Source: Octopus sinensis (Eukaryota). Taken from it: a DNA stretch of 64,000 bases. The stretch spans positions 7,874,001-7,938,000 of the forward strand of contig NC_043004.1 in the NCBI RefSeq assembly GCF_006345805.1, written 5' to 3'. The first letter of the stretch is position 1; each line of letters begins with the position of its first letter. A program made the translations under genes and the position numbers. Under the pieces are notes generated by a model that was not told the origin of the DNA, made no database searches, and saw nothing but the letters and a program-made list of their open reading frames with translations. Below, piece by piece: positions 1 through 12,010 of this stretch.

Positions 1-362
1 ATTGGAACAGTTGTTTTTCAACTGAACTCTAATCCCACCATTAACAACTCCTCTGATCAGGACCTCCTTTATTTTGCTTGTCATGGGAAATGGTCCAAGC
101 AGTTAAGTGCCTTGCTCAAGGGTGCAAAATACAATGGTTCTACTAAGATTTGAACCTGTCATCATATGGTCAGAACTTCTTGCTATTGTTCTATTTTTTC
201 ATATTAAAAGAAAAAAAATTCTTTGTTTATTTTTAGAAGTATTTAATTTCTTTTCTGAGCATTGAAGTAACTTCTTCATAAAATATGCCAAGTTCCTGCC
301 AGGAACCCTTTTTAAAATTTTTTTTTGCATTTTTACGTCTTTTTTTTTTTTTTTTGCAATAG

Positions 363-433
363 GAATTCTCACAATGATTATGGTTCGTTCATTGCGCCGA
401 GACATTGCAAGATATAACAAAGATGAAGACATC
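363..433 (+). CDS. TM9SF4: TM9SF4 (nonaspanin) internal coding exon, 71 bp: (G)ILTMIMVRSLRRDIARYNKDEDI
   Basis: Acceptor tttttgcaatag at 361-362 and donor gtaag at 434. Peptide matches the TM9SF4 segment [23 protein letters not shown] (recalled human sequence). Upstream exons lie outside the window. Confidence 0.93.
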
Positions 434-1258
434 GTAAGATATTCCTCATTATTTAAATTGCTTAGTGACATTTCTTTCAGTTTTATTCCAGTAACTCTGA
501 GGTCAACTTTATCTTTTATCCTTTTTGGGGGTGGGTCTCAATGTAATAAAATACCAGTCAAATACTGGGGTTGATGTAATCAACTTGCCCTCTCTCCTCA
601 AAATTACTGGTCTTCTGCCAAAATTACGATTAAGGCAGCCAGCTGGCAGGGTCATTAACACACTGAATAAAATGCTAAGCGGCATTCTGAGTTCAAATCC
701 TGTCAAAGTTGACTTTGCTTTTCGTCCTTCCAGGGTTGATGAAATAAGTATCACTTGAGCCCTAGGATCAATGAAATTAACTGTCCCCTTCCCCACTAAA
801 TTGCTGGCCTTATCTATATAGTAGAAAGGGTTATTATTATTATCATTATTAATATTGTTGTTGTCGGTGATAAAGGTGCTGATAGCCAAAAATGGTTCAA
901 GTGTCAGCTCTCTTTACATTCTGAGTTCAAATCCTGCTGGCCTCAGCTTAGTCTTTCAACCCTTCAAGTCAAATACTGGTGTTGATATTTTGGTATCGTA
1001 CCTCCTTAGCAATTGAATTAAATAATTAAAAATGACTTTCGAACAATTTAATTATGATTGAAATCATAACCTTTTAAAACACCCTTTTATTTATTATATT
1101 CACTTTTGTTTTATTTTGGAGAGAATTTTGTAATATAAAGTGTTAAAAGAACTTCATCAAACATCTATGACAAGATCACAGGCACAATTCTACTGTATGC
1201 ATAACTCTTTCAACCCATGCTAGCATGGAAAGCGGACGTTAAACGATGATGATGATGA

Positions 1259-1562
1259 TATCACCGTGACCGACCAGGCTATCAGATGTTGCTACACATC
1301 GCTGATCACAATGCGCTTCACATTGTTTTAGTCTTCAGATGACGCCACCCCACTGGCTAAGCGAGCAGGCCAACAGAAGAAAGAGTGAGAGAAAGTTGTG
1401 GCGAAAGAGTACAGCAGGGGTCGCCACCCCCTCTGCCGGAGCCGTGTGGGGCTTTAGGTTTTTTCGCTCAATAAACACTCACAACGCCTGGTCTGGGAAT
1501 CAAAATCGCGATCCTACGACCATGAGTCCGCTGCCCTAACCACTGGGCCATTGCGCCTCCAC
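1259..1562 (-). mobile_element. tRNA-derived SINE (family 1)
   Basis: Reverse complement begins GGAGGCGCAATGGCCCAGTGGTTAGGGCAGCGGAC, with an A-box and a degenerate B-box (tttgattccc). Inserted at the gat tail of an RTE end. Confidence 0.75.
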
Positions 1563-2068
1563 ACACTCACACACACACACACACACACACACATAAAGCA
1601 TAACAATTGAGGAGATATGAAAGGTGAATGTATTTATTAACGACATACCATTCTTAGGACTAGGGCTGTTTTGCACCCTTCTTCATGTAATGATGATTTC
1701 AGTGTACAATAAATGTGTCTCCTTGTTTTGTCATTGTGTGTTTGTTGGAAACGAGTCATACATGCAGTGTTGTTCATTTTCATTATTTTGTTGGAAACAC
1801 ATCTGATGGTTTCTGTTCATGTTTCAAGTTCAAATATCACCCTGTTCAACTTTGTTTTTCATTCTCCTGGGGGTCATTAAAATATGTACCAGTTATGCAT
1901 TGAGGTTTATTCAGTCAGCGATAACAGCGATACTGATTAGTATGAAGTCATTCTAATTATCATCAATGTTGTGGTTTTTCACAATTAGGATTAATTGTAA
2001 AAGTCTTCTCTTGAAATACTTTGATATGTTGTAGTTTTAAAATTTTGTTAAAATTAATTTTATTTTAG

Positions 2069-2201
2069 GAAGAGACACTTGAAGAAACAGGCTGGAAATT
2101 GGTTCACGGTGATATATTTCGTCCTCCCCGCCATCCTAAGTTGTTGGCTTCTTTAATTGGTGCAGGAAACCAAATATTTTGTATGTCACTGATCATCATA
2201 T
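2069..2201 (+). CDS. TM9SF4: TM9SF4 exon, 133 bp: [44 protein letters not shown]
   Basis: Flanked by ttttag and gtgagt. Contains the nonaspanin hallmark [13 protein letters not shown]. Frame is continuous with the previous exon. Confidence 0.96.
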
Positions 2202-2371
2202 GTGAGTAGTATTTTGCATCAGCTGTCTGTTATGCTAAAACGATGGAATGTTTCAAGAGGTCTCTCTCTCTCTTACTTTAATTGAACTTTGAGCAGACTG
2301 ACAGTTGTAATTAATCTGAGGGAGAAAATTACTATTTTTAAATCTCACATCGATTGTTTGCCGACATAAAA

Positions 2372-2527
2372 TGGTAGTCCTGGTTTAGGACGAATGTTGC
2401 TGTAATTTAGCCCCAGCTGGCTATACGACACAAATTGTAAGGACACTGATCATGTTGTATAGCCAGCTGGAGATGATGTCTCCTGGGGCTAGATTACAGC
2501 AGCATTTGTCCTAAAACAGGACTGCCA
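2372..2527. mobile_element. Palindromic MITE-like fold-back element
   Basis: ~45-bp imperfect terminal inverted repeats (tggtagtcctggtttaggacgaatg... / ...catttgtcctaaaacaggactgcca) plus an inner inverted pair ccagctggctatac/gtatagccagctgg. Half copies at ~27106 and ~42413. Confidence 0.7.
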
Positions 2528-2709
2528 CGTTATGTTGGCAAACAATCTTTAATCTGAGGGAATTAAGAAAACAAATGTCTTGTGTCATAACTGGTAACCT
2601 TGCAGCCTGACAAATGATAGATTGGTGGTTCAAGTTCTATCTGTCAATATGTTTCTTTTTTTTTTTTATGCAAAATTGAGAATTTTATATAGTGTTTACT
2701 ATCATTCAA

Positions 2710-2867
2710 TAATTTCTTTTCTGAGCATTGAAGTAACTTCTCCATAAAATATGCCAAGTTCCTGCCAGAAACCTTTTTCTTTGCCTTTTTACATCTTTTT
2801 TTTGCAGTAAGAATTCTCACAATGAATATGGTTCTTTCATTGCTCTGAGACATTGCAAGATATAACA
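2710..2867 (+). pseudogene. Degenerate duplicated copy of the TM9SF4 intron end plus the 71-bp exon (source ~244-418)
   Basis: Direct similarity to 244-418. The acceptor is altered (gcaatag to gcagtaa), CGA is changed to an in-frame TGA, and the copy is cut before the donor. Confidence 0.88.
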
Positions 2868-2924
2868 TAGATATATATAATTATTAAAATATATATAGAT
2901 ATATATATAATTATTATACTCTTT

Positions 2925-4885
2925 TATGGGCTAACTCAAAGATAAGTGGCAATGACCTCATCTTTGTTCCTGGAGATTTTAACAGGAATGTTGGGCGGGA
3001 ATCTGGTATCTTCACTGGTGTACACGGGCCATGGTATTGGTTCCCGGAACGATGAGGGAACTAGGCTACTGGAGTTCTGTGATGCATGTAACCTTTTAAT
3101 CTGCAACACTAACTTCAGGAAGCCAGACAGCCACCTGATAACCTATCAATCAGGGGACTCTGCAAGCCAGATTGATTTCATCCTCACCAGACAGCGGGGT
3201 GCAGGGTTGCTCTTAAATACAAAGCCCCTCCCAGGTGAGGAAGGCATGCCCCAGCATAGACTAGTCATTAGTGACTTTCGACTTGAGGCCAGAAGGATGC
3301 CTAGAAGCAGACCAATCCTGAAGAGAAGGATTTGGAAGCTAAAGAACCCTTCACATGGTCAGAGATTTAGGGACATCCTTACCAAGAAATTTGATGAGAG
3401 GGAGGAGGAACTACAGTCCTTGGGCATAGAAGGTAACTGAAAATTCTTATGAGACAGCTTACTGAGTGCCTCAGATCAAGTCTGTGGATGGTGCAAAGTC
3501 CCTTCCAGACCTAGAGTAATGTGGTGGTGGAATGATACGGTAGACAAAGCCATCAGAGCAAAGAAACAGGCCTGGGAAGCCTGGAAGGGTGGGGATAGCA
3601 GGGAACCATACCAGATAGCGAAAAGGGAGGTTGGGCGACAGGTATACATAGCCAAGGGCAAAGCAGAAAAGAAGAAGTTTGCCAATGTCCAGCGACATGA
3701 GGACCAAAGAACTGAAGTATTCTGGATTGCAAGATAGTGTGTGAGAGAAAATTGTGATGTCACAGGAGAGAAATGTGTCCAGATGGATGATGGTGCACTT
3801 GCTTTTAATGATTCTGAAAAGAAAGAGGCTTGGAGAAGCCATTATGAAAGACTGTTGAACGTGTAGAATGAGTTGGAGGAGGAGAGCCTGACAAATGTTG
3901 ATCCAGTAGAGCGACCAGCTATCCGAATAGGCAGCACCCTGGAAGATAAAGCAATTAAGGATATGAAGTCAGGAAAAGTCTCTGGCCCATCATGAATCAC
4001 TGCTGAGATGCTTAAAACATTTGGTGGTGTGGGCTTTGGCCTAGTCACCCGCATTGTAAACCAGGTAGTTCATAAAGGAGTCATACTCAATGACTGGTGT
4101 AGCAGCACCATAGTCAATTACTACAAAGGTAAAGGTGATGCTTTAGATAGAAATAACTACAGGGGTTATCAAATTGCTGGATCAGGTGATGAAGGTCACG
4201 GAGAAGGTCATAGCCCAACTAATTACATAGAGAGACTGCTTAGATGAGATGCAGTTTGGTTTTGTGCCAGGTAGAAGCACCACGTATGCTATATTTCTGG
4301 TACGACAACTACAGGAGAAATACCTAGCTAAAGATAAACCCCTATATTCGACTTTTGAGGACTTGAAGAAAGCCTTTGACAGGGTCCCCTGATCCCTTAT
4401 CTGGTGGGCGATGCGGAAACTAAGGATTGACGAATGGTTAATAAGGGCTGTACAGGCCCTATGCAGAGATGCTGTCAGTAGGGTTAGGATTGGAAATGAG
4501 TATAGTGAAGAAATCCGGGTAGAAGTAGGGGTCCACCAAGGATCAGCCCTCAGCCTCCTCTTATTCATCATAGTCCTCCTCTATGCTTATAATCTGGCCT
4601 TCATAGCAGAATCACTACCAGAACTAGAGAAGAAACTTCAAGTCTGGAAGCAAGGTTTAGAATTGACAGGCCTTAGAGTCAATGTAGCAAAGACCAATGT
4701 TCTAGTAAGTAGGAAGGTGAACACATCACACACACCTTCAGGTAGGTGGCCCTGCTCAATCTGTAGAAAAGGTGTAGATAGAAATTACATAAGATGTACC
4801 CAGTGTAAGCTATGGACACATAAGAGGTCCAGCAACATGAAGGGAAGATTAACTGGGAAGATAGCTTTTACGTGCAGCAGATGTT
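2925..4885 (+). mobile_element. Decayed RTE-clade non-LTR retrotransposon (APE endonuclease C-terminus, RT, Cys-rich region)
   Basis: Broken frames give GDFN, RNDEGTRLLEFC..NTNFRK, SQIDFIL, QFGFVPGRST, DLKKAFDRVP, GVHQGSALS, and CSICRKGV..CTQCKLWTH. The catalytic YADD is degraded to YAYN. Multiple stops and frameshifts. Confidence 0.9.
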
Positions 4886-4889
4886 TTCA

Positions 4890-5174
4890 CTTGGGCACTG
4901 GTGCCTAAGGGGGCAGCAGGTGGGAGAGGTAGAGAAAAAGGAGGCATTAGGAGGAAGGCAGTGGATTGATTGGGGGACGCTATGAATTTATTATATTATT
5001 ATAGTATAGTATACAAATTATATAGTATTATATTAAATATCAAATGATTCATAGTATATATAAATTAGTAAAATATAAAATATTTATTTATACATAAAAA
5101 TAGGGGTGGGGGCGCTGAGGGTATTATGTGGCCATGAGGTGGGGGCGGTGGCCCAGAAAGTTTGAGAACCTCTG
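4890..5174. mobile_element. hAT-type DNA transposon end (one TIR visible)
   Basis: 5159-5174 reverse-complements to CAGAGGTTCTCAAACT, a Buster/Charlie-like TIR, followed by tcgTAaac, which fits the NNNTANNN target pattern. The other end was not found. Confidence 0.5.
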
Positions 5175-5245
5175 TCGTAAACGAATACAAGTAGAAGTAT
5201 AATCCATAACTAATGTCTCATTTTGTTTTTTCTTTTTTCTTGTAG

Positions 5246-5327
5246 TTTTTGCAATGCTTGGTATGTTATCTCCAGCCTCACGAGGAGCTCTGATGACAGC
5301 TGCCATTTTCCTTTTTGTCTTCCTTGG
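5246..5327 (+). CDS. TM9SF4: TM9SF4 exon, 82 bp: [28 protein letters not shown]
   Basis: Flanked by ttcttgtag and gtaagt. Motif [16 protein letters not shown]. Phases are compatible with neighbouring exons. Confidence 0.95.
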
Positions 5328-5411
5328 GTAAGTTTCTTGTTTTGCCGTTGCTTTTGCTATTTCCTTTGCAAAAACTCTTTTTGTTATCGTTGATGAATTA
5401 ATATTTCTTGG

Positions 5412-5812
5412 AAGGTGGTGAGCTGGCTGGAATGTTAGCACGCTGGGAAAAATACTTAGCGGTATTTCATCTGCCACTACGTTCTGAGTTCAAATTCCGC
5501 CGAGGTCGACTTTGCCTTTCATCCTTTCGAGGTCGATTAAATAAGTACCAGTTACGCACTGGGATCGATATAATTGACTTAATCTGTTTATCTGTCCTTG
5601 TTTGTCCCCTCTATGTTTAGCCTCTTGTGGGTAGTAAAGAAATAAGTATTTCGTCTACCTTTATGTTCTGAGTTCAAATTCCGCCAAGGATGACTTTGTT
5701 TTTCATCCTTTTGGGGTTCGATAAATTAAGTACCAGTTGAGTACTAGGGTCGATTTAATCGACTGGCCCCCTCCCCCAAAATTTCGGGCCTTGTGCCTAG
5801 AGTAGAAAAGAA
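5412..5812 (+). mobile_element. tRNA-derived SINE (family 2), dimer; one of the most abundant repeats in the window
   Basis: aaggtggtgagctggc...ttctgagttcaaattccgccgaggtcgactttgcctttcatcc with a B-box-like GAGTTCAAATTCC. Further copies at ~630-830, 8900-9090, 18230-18740, 20178-20410 and 21225-21680. Confidence 0.82.
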
Positions 5813-7245
5813 TATTTCATGGTATATTTTGATGTTTCTAATTACTGGAAGTTAAATGATGATGATGATGATGACCCTCAGAAGCCCTTCAATTCTTAGA
5901 TGGTTCCATTGCTTGTAATACTTGTTTGGTTTTCATCTCCAGCCTTGTATACCATTGTGATGGCCAAGTTATTTTTTTATTCTTTTACTTGTTTCTGTCA
6001 TTTGACTGCGGCCATGCTGGAGCATTGCCTTCAGTCGAACAAATCAGCTCCTGGACTTATCCTTTGTAAGCCTAGTACTTATTCTATCTGTCTCTTTTGC
6101 CAAACCGCTAAATTACGGGGACGTAAATACACCAACATTGGTTGTCAAGTGATGGTGGTGAGGACAAACACACACACAGCAAATTTTCTATGGCTTCAGA
6201 CTTTTAGGCCACTCAGCTTGTCTCTCTCCCTCTCGTTGTTCTTTTGGAGGAACATTCTACTGTTAATGAAACTGGTTACAGTTCATTCCTCTATTGATAA
6301 TTAGTCCATTAATTAGCTTGTTTGCCATAAATATTTTCATCACATATACTTGTGATCTCAGTTGACTTCCATTCCACAAATGATTTTTCTCCCCCCTCCT
6401 CCTCTCTCACATCATCTTGTCTCTCTCTTTTCCCTCTTTCTTCTGCCCACCTCTCTTATACCTCCATCATACTCCTTTCAGCCTGGTTCTCTCCTTAATC
6501 TTTCTCCTCCTCCTCTCATTCTCACCATTCCTGTCATTCTCTCTTGCCTCTTTTTATATTCTCTTGCGCTCTTATCCATTACTTTCTCCTCTCTCGCCAC
6601 CTCACCCCTCTCACACTCTGGATGTCTTCTATCACCCACTGTTTCTTCCCTGACACCACCTCTTATAGCAATGCATGATGATGTGATAGGGAATATCTCT
6701 TTCTATTCACTCAAATCATCATCATCATCGTTTAACGTTCGTTTACCATGCTAGCATGGGTTGGACGGTTCAACTGGGGTCTGGGAAGCCAGGAAGTTGC
6801 ACCAGGCACCAGTCTGATCTGGCAGTGTTTCTAAAGCTGGATGCCCTTCCTAACGCCAACCACTCTGTGAGTGTAGTCGGTGCTTTTTACATGCCACCAG
6901 CACAGGTGCCAGGCGAGGCTGGTGATGGCCACGATCGGTTGATGCTTTTTATGTGCCACCGGCACGGAGGGCAGAGAAAGGAACAAATGAACAAAGAGAA
7001 GAGCTGTTGTTCTTCCAGGGAATGGTGAATGGTCGAAAGGAGACAAATGACGATAGAAAGGTCCGTTAGACAACTTGTCTGCAGCTGGTGCCATGACAAA
7101 ATGCACCCAGTTCACTCTGTAAAATAGTTTTGTGATAGGGAGAGCTTCCAGCTGGCCCATTTCATAGGGTAGAAGGGTAGACTTGAATGGACTTCGAAGA
7201 ACTGTCCAGCATGGTAAAGCGTGGTAAAGTGGATGTAAAATGATG

Positions 7246-7249
<4 letters not shown>

Positions 7250-7333
<84 letters not shown>
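7250..7333. repeat. (TA)n microsatellite
   Basis: Perfect dinucleotide run of about 42 units. Confidence 0.97.
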
Positions 7334-7338
<5 letters not shown>

Positions 7339-7539
7339 TAATGTGTGACAATTATTCGGTAGCCATGATAAAACTCTGAGTTTCGGATGTCGGGGTAGAA
7401 ATCCACACTGACATCTCTTCAGTTATCCGGCCAAATATTACATTTACAAATAAATTCCTCTATTTACATATCGAGGTCTCTTTCATTCTTTTGTTATATT
7501 ACCATTTCTATCATATATATATATATATATATATATATG

Positions 7540-8400
7540 CTGGATGGGTAATGTCAGTGTGCATACATGAGAGAGTGTAAGTGCCCTGAGAGAAAAGTTG
7601 GGCATAAGAAGCTTTAAATGTGGTGTGCGAGAGAGGCAACTGTGCTGGTATGGTCATGTGTTATGTATGAATGCAGACAGCTGTGAGAGGAAGATATAGA
7701 CCCAGGAAGACATGGGATGAGGTGGTTAAGCATGACCTTCAAACATTGTGCCTCACAGAGGCAATGACAGGAGACCGGGACATTTGGAGATATGTTGTGA
7801 TTGAGAAGACCTGGCAACTAAAGTGAGATCGCAGCCATGCATGCCCAGCCTTGTTAAGAGTACCCCTGATGTGTCAGGCGATATGATATGCTTGAGAAGA
7901 CCTGTTGAGTTAAGTAAAACTAATATCAAAGCTGGGGCCAGTGCCCCCTCACTGGCTCCTGTGCTGGTAGGATGTATACTGCACCATCCGTCCATGTTTC
8001 GATGCCAGGTCTGTCTGACTGGTCCCCATACTGGTGACACGTAAAAAGTACCAAATGAACGCGGCCGATGCCAGTACTCCCAGACTGGCTCCCGTGCCAG
8101 TGGCATGTAAAAAGCACTATCCAAATATGGTTAATGCCAGGTCTGCCTGACTGGCTCCCGTGCTGGTGGCACATAAAAGGCACCATCAGAATGTGATTGA
8201 TGCCAGGCCCACCTGACTGGCTTCCGTGCTGGTGGCACGTAAAAAGCACCCACTACACTCTCAGAGTGGTTGGCATTATGAAGGGCATCCAGCTGTAGAA
8301 ACCTTGCCAGATCAGATTGGAGCCTGGTGCAGCTGCTGGCTCTCCAGATATGTCAAACTGTCCAACCCATACCATCATGGAAAATGGACGATGATGATAT
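7540..8400 (+). mobile_element. RTE LINE 3-prime end and UTR with gatgat tail
   Basis: Contains RLCWYGHV-like and GRPRKTWDEVVK-like coding remnants, then the shared UTR gtaaaaagcacc...ggaagggcatccagctgtagaaac...aacccat...gatgatgat. Confidence 0.8.
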
Positions 8401-8407
8401 ACATATA

Positions 8408-8634
8408 CAGGGGGTGCAAAAGTAGGTATACACTTAAGAAAATATACTCATTTGTTTTTATCTAAAACTTTATAAGTTACAATAAAATTATCATTATAGT
8501 TATAATAAATATATTATTATAATTAATGACACTGAAAATATCAAAAAATGAGGCTAACCAATTTAATGTGTTAATAATTTTAATGAATTAAGTATTATAA
8601 CATTGGTGTGATACTTACTGTATACCTACTTTTG
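8408..8634. mobile_element. Tc1/mariner-like MITE
   Basis: ta|CAGGGGGTGCAAAAGTAGGTATACA on the left and tgtatacctacttttg (16-bp inverted match) on the right. AT-rich interior; right tip eroded. Confidence 0.6.
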
Positions 8635-8670
<36 letters not shown>

Positions 8671-8743
8671 GAAGCTATAGATGTCGTTATATTCGGGATT
8701 AATGCATTCTCAGTTTCACTATCATAAACATGTTCTTCTTCAG

Positions 8744-8819
8744 GTTAATTGCTGGCTATTTTTCGGCTCGGCTCTATAAAACCATGAAAGGTAACCAGTG
8801 GAAAAAAGCAGCATTTCAG
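8744..8819 (+). CDS. TM9SF4: TM9SF4 exon, 76 bp: LIAGYFSARLYKTMKGNQWKKAAFQ
   Basis: Flanked by cttcttcag and gtattg. Motif ARLYKTMKGxxWKK. Confidence 0.94.
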
Positions 8820-9444
8820 GTATTGTTGTTTTTTTCTTCTTTATCTAAAAACTTGTGCGTAAAAGGTTAAGTGTTTTTAATATTAATTAATGATAAGATT
8901 GCAGGCTCGTTAGCATAGTAGTATTTTGTTTGTCCTTAGTGTTCTGAGTTCAAATTTCACTGATGTCGGCTTTGCCTTTCATCTTTTCTGGATCAATAAA
9001 ATCAGCATCAATCAAATACTTGGCTTGATGCAGTTGACTCCCGCCATCCTGCTAAAAAGTTGCTGGCCTTGTGCCAAAATTTGGAACCAAAATTAACTGG
9101 TGCATTGGCAGAATTATTTTGGCTGTGGTGCCTTGCAGTTTTTATGTTCTCACTTTCAAGCCCTACCAAAGCAAGCTTCACCTTTCTAGTGTTGATCAAA
9201 TAAGTACCAGTCATATACTGGGATTGTGCCTATTGATTGGTCCTTTCTCAAAACTTTGTGGTCTCTGGCCTATGCTTGAAACCTGTATGAAGCTGATGTA
9301 AATTCCAAACCTTACACCTAGGTTATAAATCAATATTGAGGTTATGGCTCCTACATTTTGTTCAGTGCTGGTACATATACACACACATGCATGCACACAC
9401 AGACACACACACACACAATACATATAAAATATACACACCACAAA

Positions 9445-9745
9445 GTTATCAACCACCTCACCAACAACAACACTGAACACCTTTTTGATCTCCATGTGTC
9501 TAACACACGTGGACATGCCTACAAAGTCAGAAAACAACACAGCTCCCATGACTTTCAGAAACATTTTTTCACGCTCAGAGTTGCTGAAGCATGGAATAAA
9601 CTGCCTGCGTCAGTTGTTGACTGCCATGACACTGCATCCTTTAAGGCCCTCATGCTTTCCGAAATCCGCCGAAACTACACCTGATTATATATACACTTTA
9701 GATGAGTTGTAGTGCACCTGAGCACTGTACACAATTATTATTATT
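9445..9745 (+). mobile_element. CR1/L2-type LINE 3-prime end
   Basis: Encodes TRGHAYKVRK..KHFFTLRVAEAWNKLPASVV, a CR1-like C-terminus, followed by an (ATT)n tail. A near-identical tail occurs at ~51651-51770. Confidence 0.82.
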
Positions 9746-10719
9746 TTTATAAATACATATAATTACATAATGATGTATATACATATAAACACACATACAT
9801 ATGCATACAAATATATTCACATACAAAAACATACACATATATGTCATGTATAAATATACATACATGTTTTTATCCAAAATGGAGATGGACACCATTCTTC
9901 TGTGTGATTGGCTTGAAAAATTGTTAAGGTATTAAGATATCTTCCTGTTTTTCTTAACATGAAGCCAATGGTAGCCTTAATACAAAAATAAATTCTATCC
10001 ACCAATGTGCTGTTGAGCACTCATTTTCACCATTCAACATTTATGTGTATGTATATATATATATATACATATACATATTCACAGGTGTGTGTGTGTGTAT
10101 AATACATATATGTACTTACCTGTATACACACATACATGTGTATATATATATGTGTGTGTGTATGTATAATACAAATATGTACTTACCTGTATACACACAT
10201 ACATATACTTACCTATAAATAAACAAACATATACACACAATGTATGTGTGTGTGTATGTACACACACACCTATACAGGTGTCATCTCCAAGAACTGAATT
10301 AGAATTCCGATCATCACAATATACTTCCTCTGTCTCCTCCCCCTACTCCTTTGAAAATATCAGCTGAATTCAAGATTAACTTCTTGAATTGCAATTTAAT
10401 GTCAATGAGTTCACCAGATTTTTTTCACTTTTCCCAATCCCAAAATGTAGATTTGCAAATATGCTAATAATGTATATAATAATAAGAGAAAAGGAGAGAG
10501 AGAGAGAGATGTTTTTGAAAACAAGCTTCATTATTCTTGATTAAATCAATGGGTTGACCTCATTCATACAATTGGAAAGAAACCGCTCTCTCTCTCTCTC
10601 TCTTTCTTTCTCTCTCTCTTTCTCTTCCCTCTCTCTCTCTCTTTCCCTCTCTCTCTCTTTCTCTCTCTCTTTCTCCCCCCCCTCTCATGATATTTATATA
10701 TTATCATCATCATCATTTA

Positions 10720-11712
10720 ATGCCTGCTACTATGGCTAAGGTGGTTTGACTGCATCATGTTCCAGTCTGTTTTGGCTTGGTTTCTACAGCTGGGATGCCC
10801 TTCCTAATGCCAGCTACTCTTGAGAGTGTAGTGGGTGCCTCCATGTGTCACTGGAGTCAGTGCTTTTATGTGGCACTGGCATGGAAGCTGTTATATGTCA
10901 CCTGTACCAGCCCCAACTATTTTCAAACGATTTCACTTGGCTTGACGAGTCTTCTCAAGCACAGCATATCGCTAAGGTCTCGGTCACTAGTCATCCCCTC
11001 CATAAGGCTTCACCACCTCATCCCACATCTTCCGGGATCTATGTCTTCACTTCCTCATCCTACATCTTCCTGGGTCTATGTCTTCCACAGGTTCCCTCCA
11101 TGGTTAGAGATTGACACTTCTTTACACAGCTGTCCTCAACCATACACATCACTTGACCATACCAGCACATTCGTCTCTTTCACACCCCATCTGATGCCTC
11201 TTATGTCCAGTTTTATACTCTCAAGACACTTACACTGTTGTACATGCTCACTGACATTGCACATCCAGCGAAATATATTAGATTCATTTCTTTCAATCCT
11301 ACGCATGGCCTTAGTGATCACAGCCCATGTTTCACTGCTGTGTAGCATAGCTGTTTGCACACAGGCATCATACAATCTACCTTTCACTCTGTGGGAGAGG
11401 CTCTTAGTTGCCAACAAAGGTAGAAGCTCTCTGAACTTTGCCCAGCTCATTCTTATTCTAACAGCTACACTCTCAGAGCACCCAACTCCACTGCTGACTT
11501 GGTCACCTAAATAACGTATGCTATCAACTACTTCTACATATCCCCACTGGCATTTGAGGGGTCTATTTTCTGTACATTTTGTAGTGTTTATTGTACATGT
11601 GTATCTGCCACACACAAAGACTATTTTCCCTGTTAACCTTCCTCCCATATTGCTGCACCTTTCATGTGTCCATAGCTTGCACCAGGTACACCATATGGAG
11701 TTTCTACCTAAT
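10720..11712 (-). mobile_element. RTE LINE 3-prime fragment with (GAT)n tail
   Basis: ORF 11136-11786 contains CKLWTHERCS, RYLGDQVSSG, FRELLPLL and KGRLYDACV..MLHSSETWA. The 3-prime UTR and tail point toward 10720. Confidence 0.88.
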
Positions 11713-11926
11713 GCCTTTTCTACATATTGAGCAGGGCCATCTGCCTGAATGGATTTATAATTTGTCAGTTTTCCTTCTAAGTACACATTTATTTATTTAA
11801 TTATTGCTATGTTTTTACTTTTTATCCTGTTATCTTTTTCAGTCTTTTCTTTTTTTTTTTCCTTTTTATCTCTTCATCACTTGCTTTTTAATTGGAACAT
11901 ACAATGTACGATTTTCATTTTTACAG

Positions 11927-12010
11927 ACAGGAACATTTTATCCTGGAATCCTTTTTGGAACTTGTTTTATTTTAAATTTCTTCATTTGGGGAAAACATTC
12001 ATCAGGAGCA
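11927..12010 (+). CDS. TM9SF4: TM9SF4 exon, 84 bp: [28 protein letters not shown]
   Basis: Flanked by ttttacag and gtaagt. Motif [10 protein letters not shown] is typical of TM9SF4. Confidence 0.95.

Noticed and set aside
1490-1562. tRNA-like A/B boxes
   Set aside because: This is a SINE head with a degenerate B box and no complete cloverleaf, so it is not called a tRNA gene. The same applies to family 2 SINE heads.
2946-4908. RTE ORFs as an active retrotransposon or domesticated gene
   Set aside because: The element is 5-prime truncated, has several stops and frameshifts, and its catalytic YADD is degraded.
11921-11930. Tandem acceptor acag|acag
   Set aside because: The proximal AG keeps the frame and is favoured by scanning. 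There is no evidence for use of the distal site.
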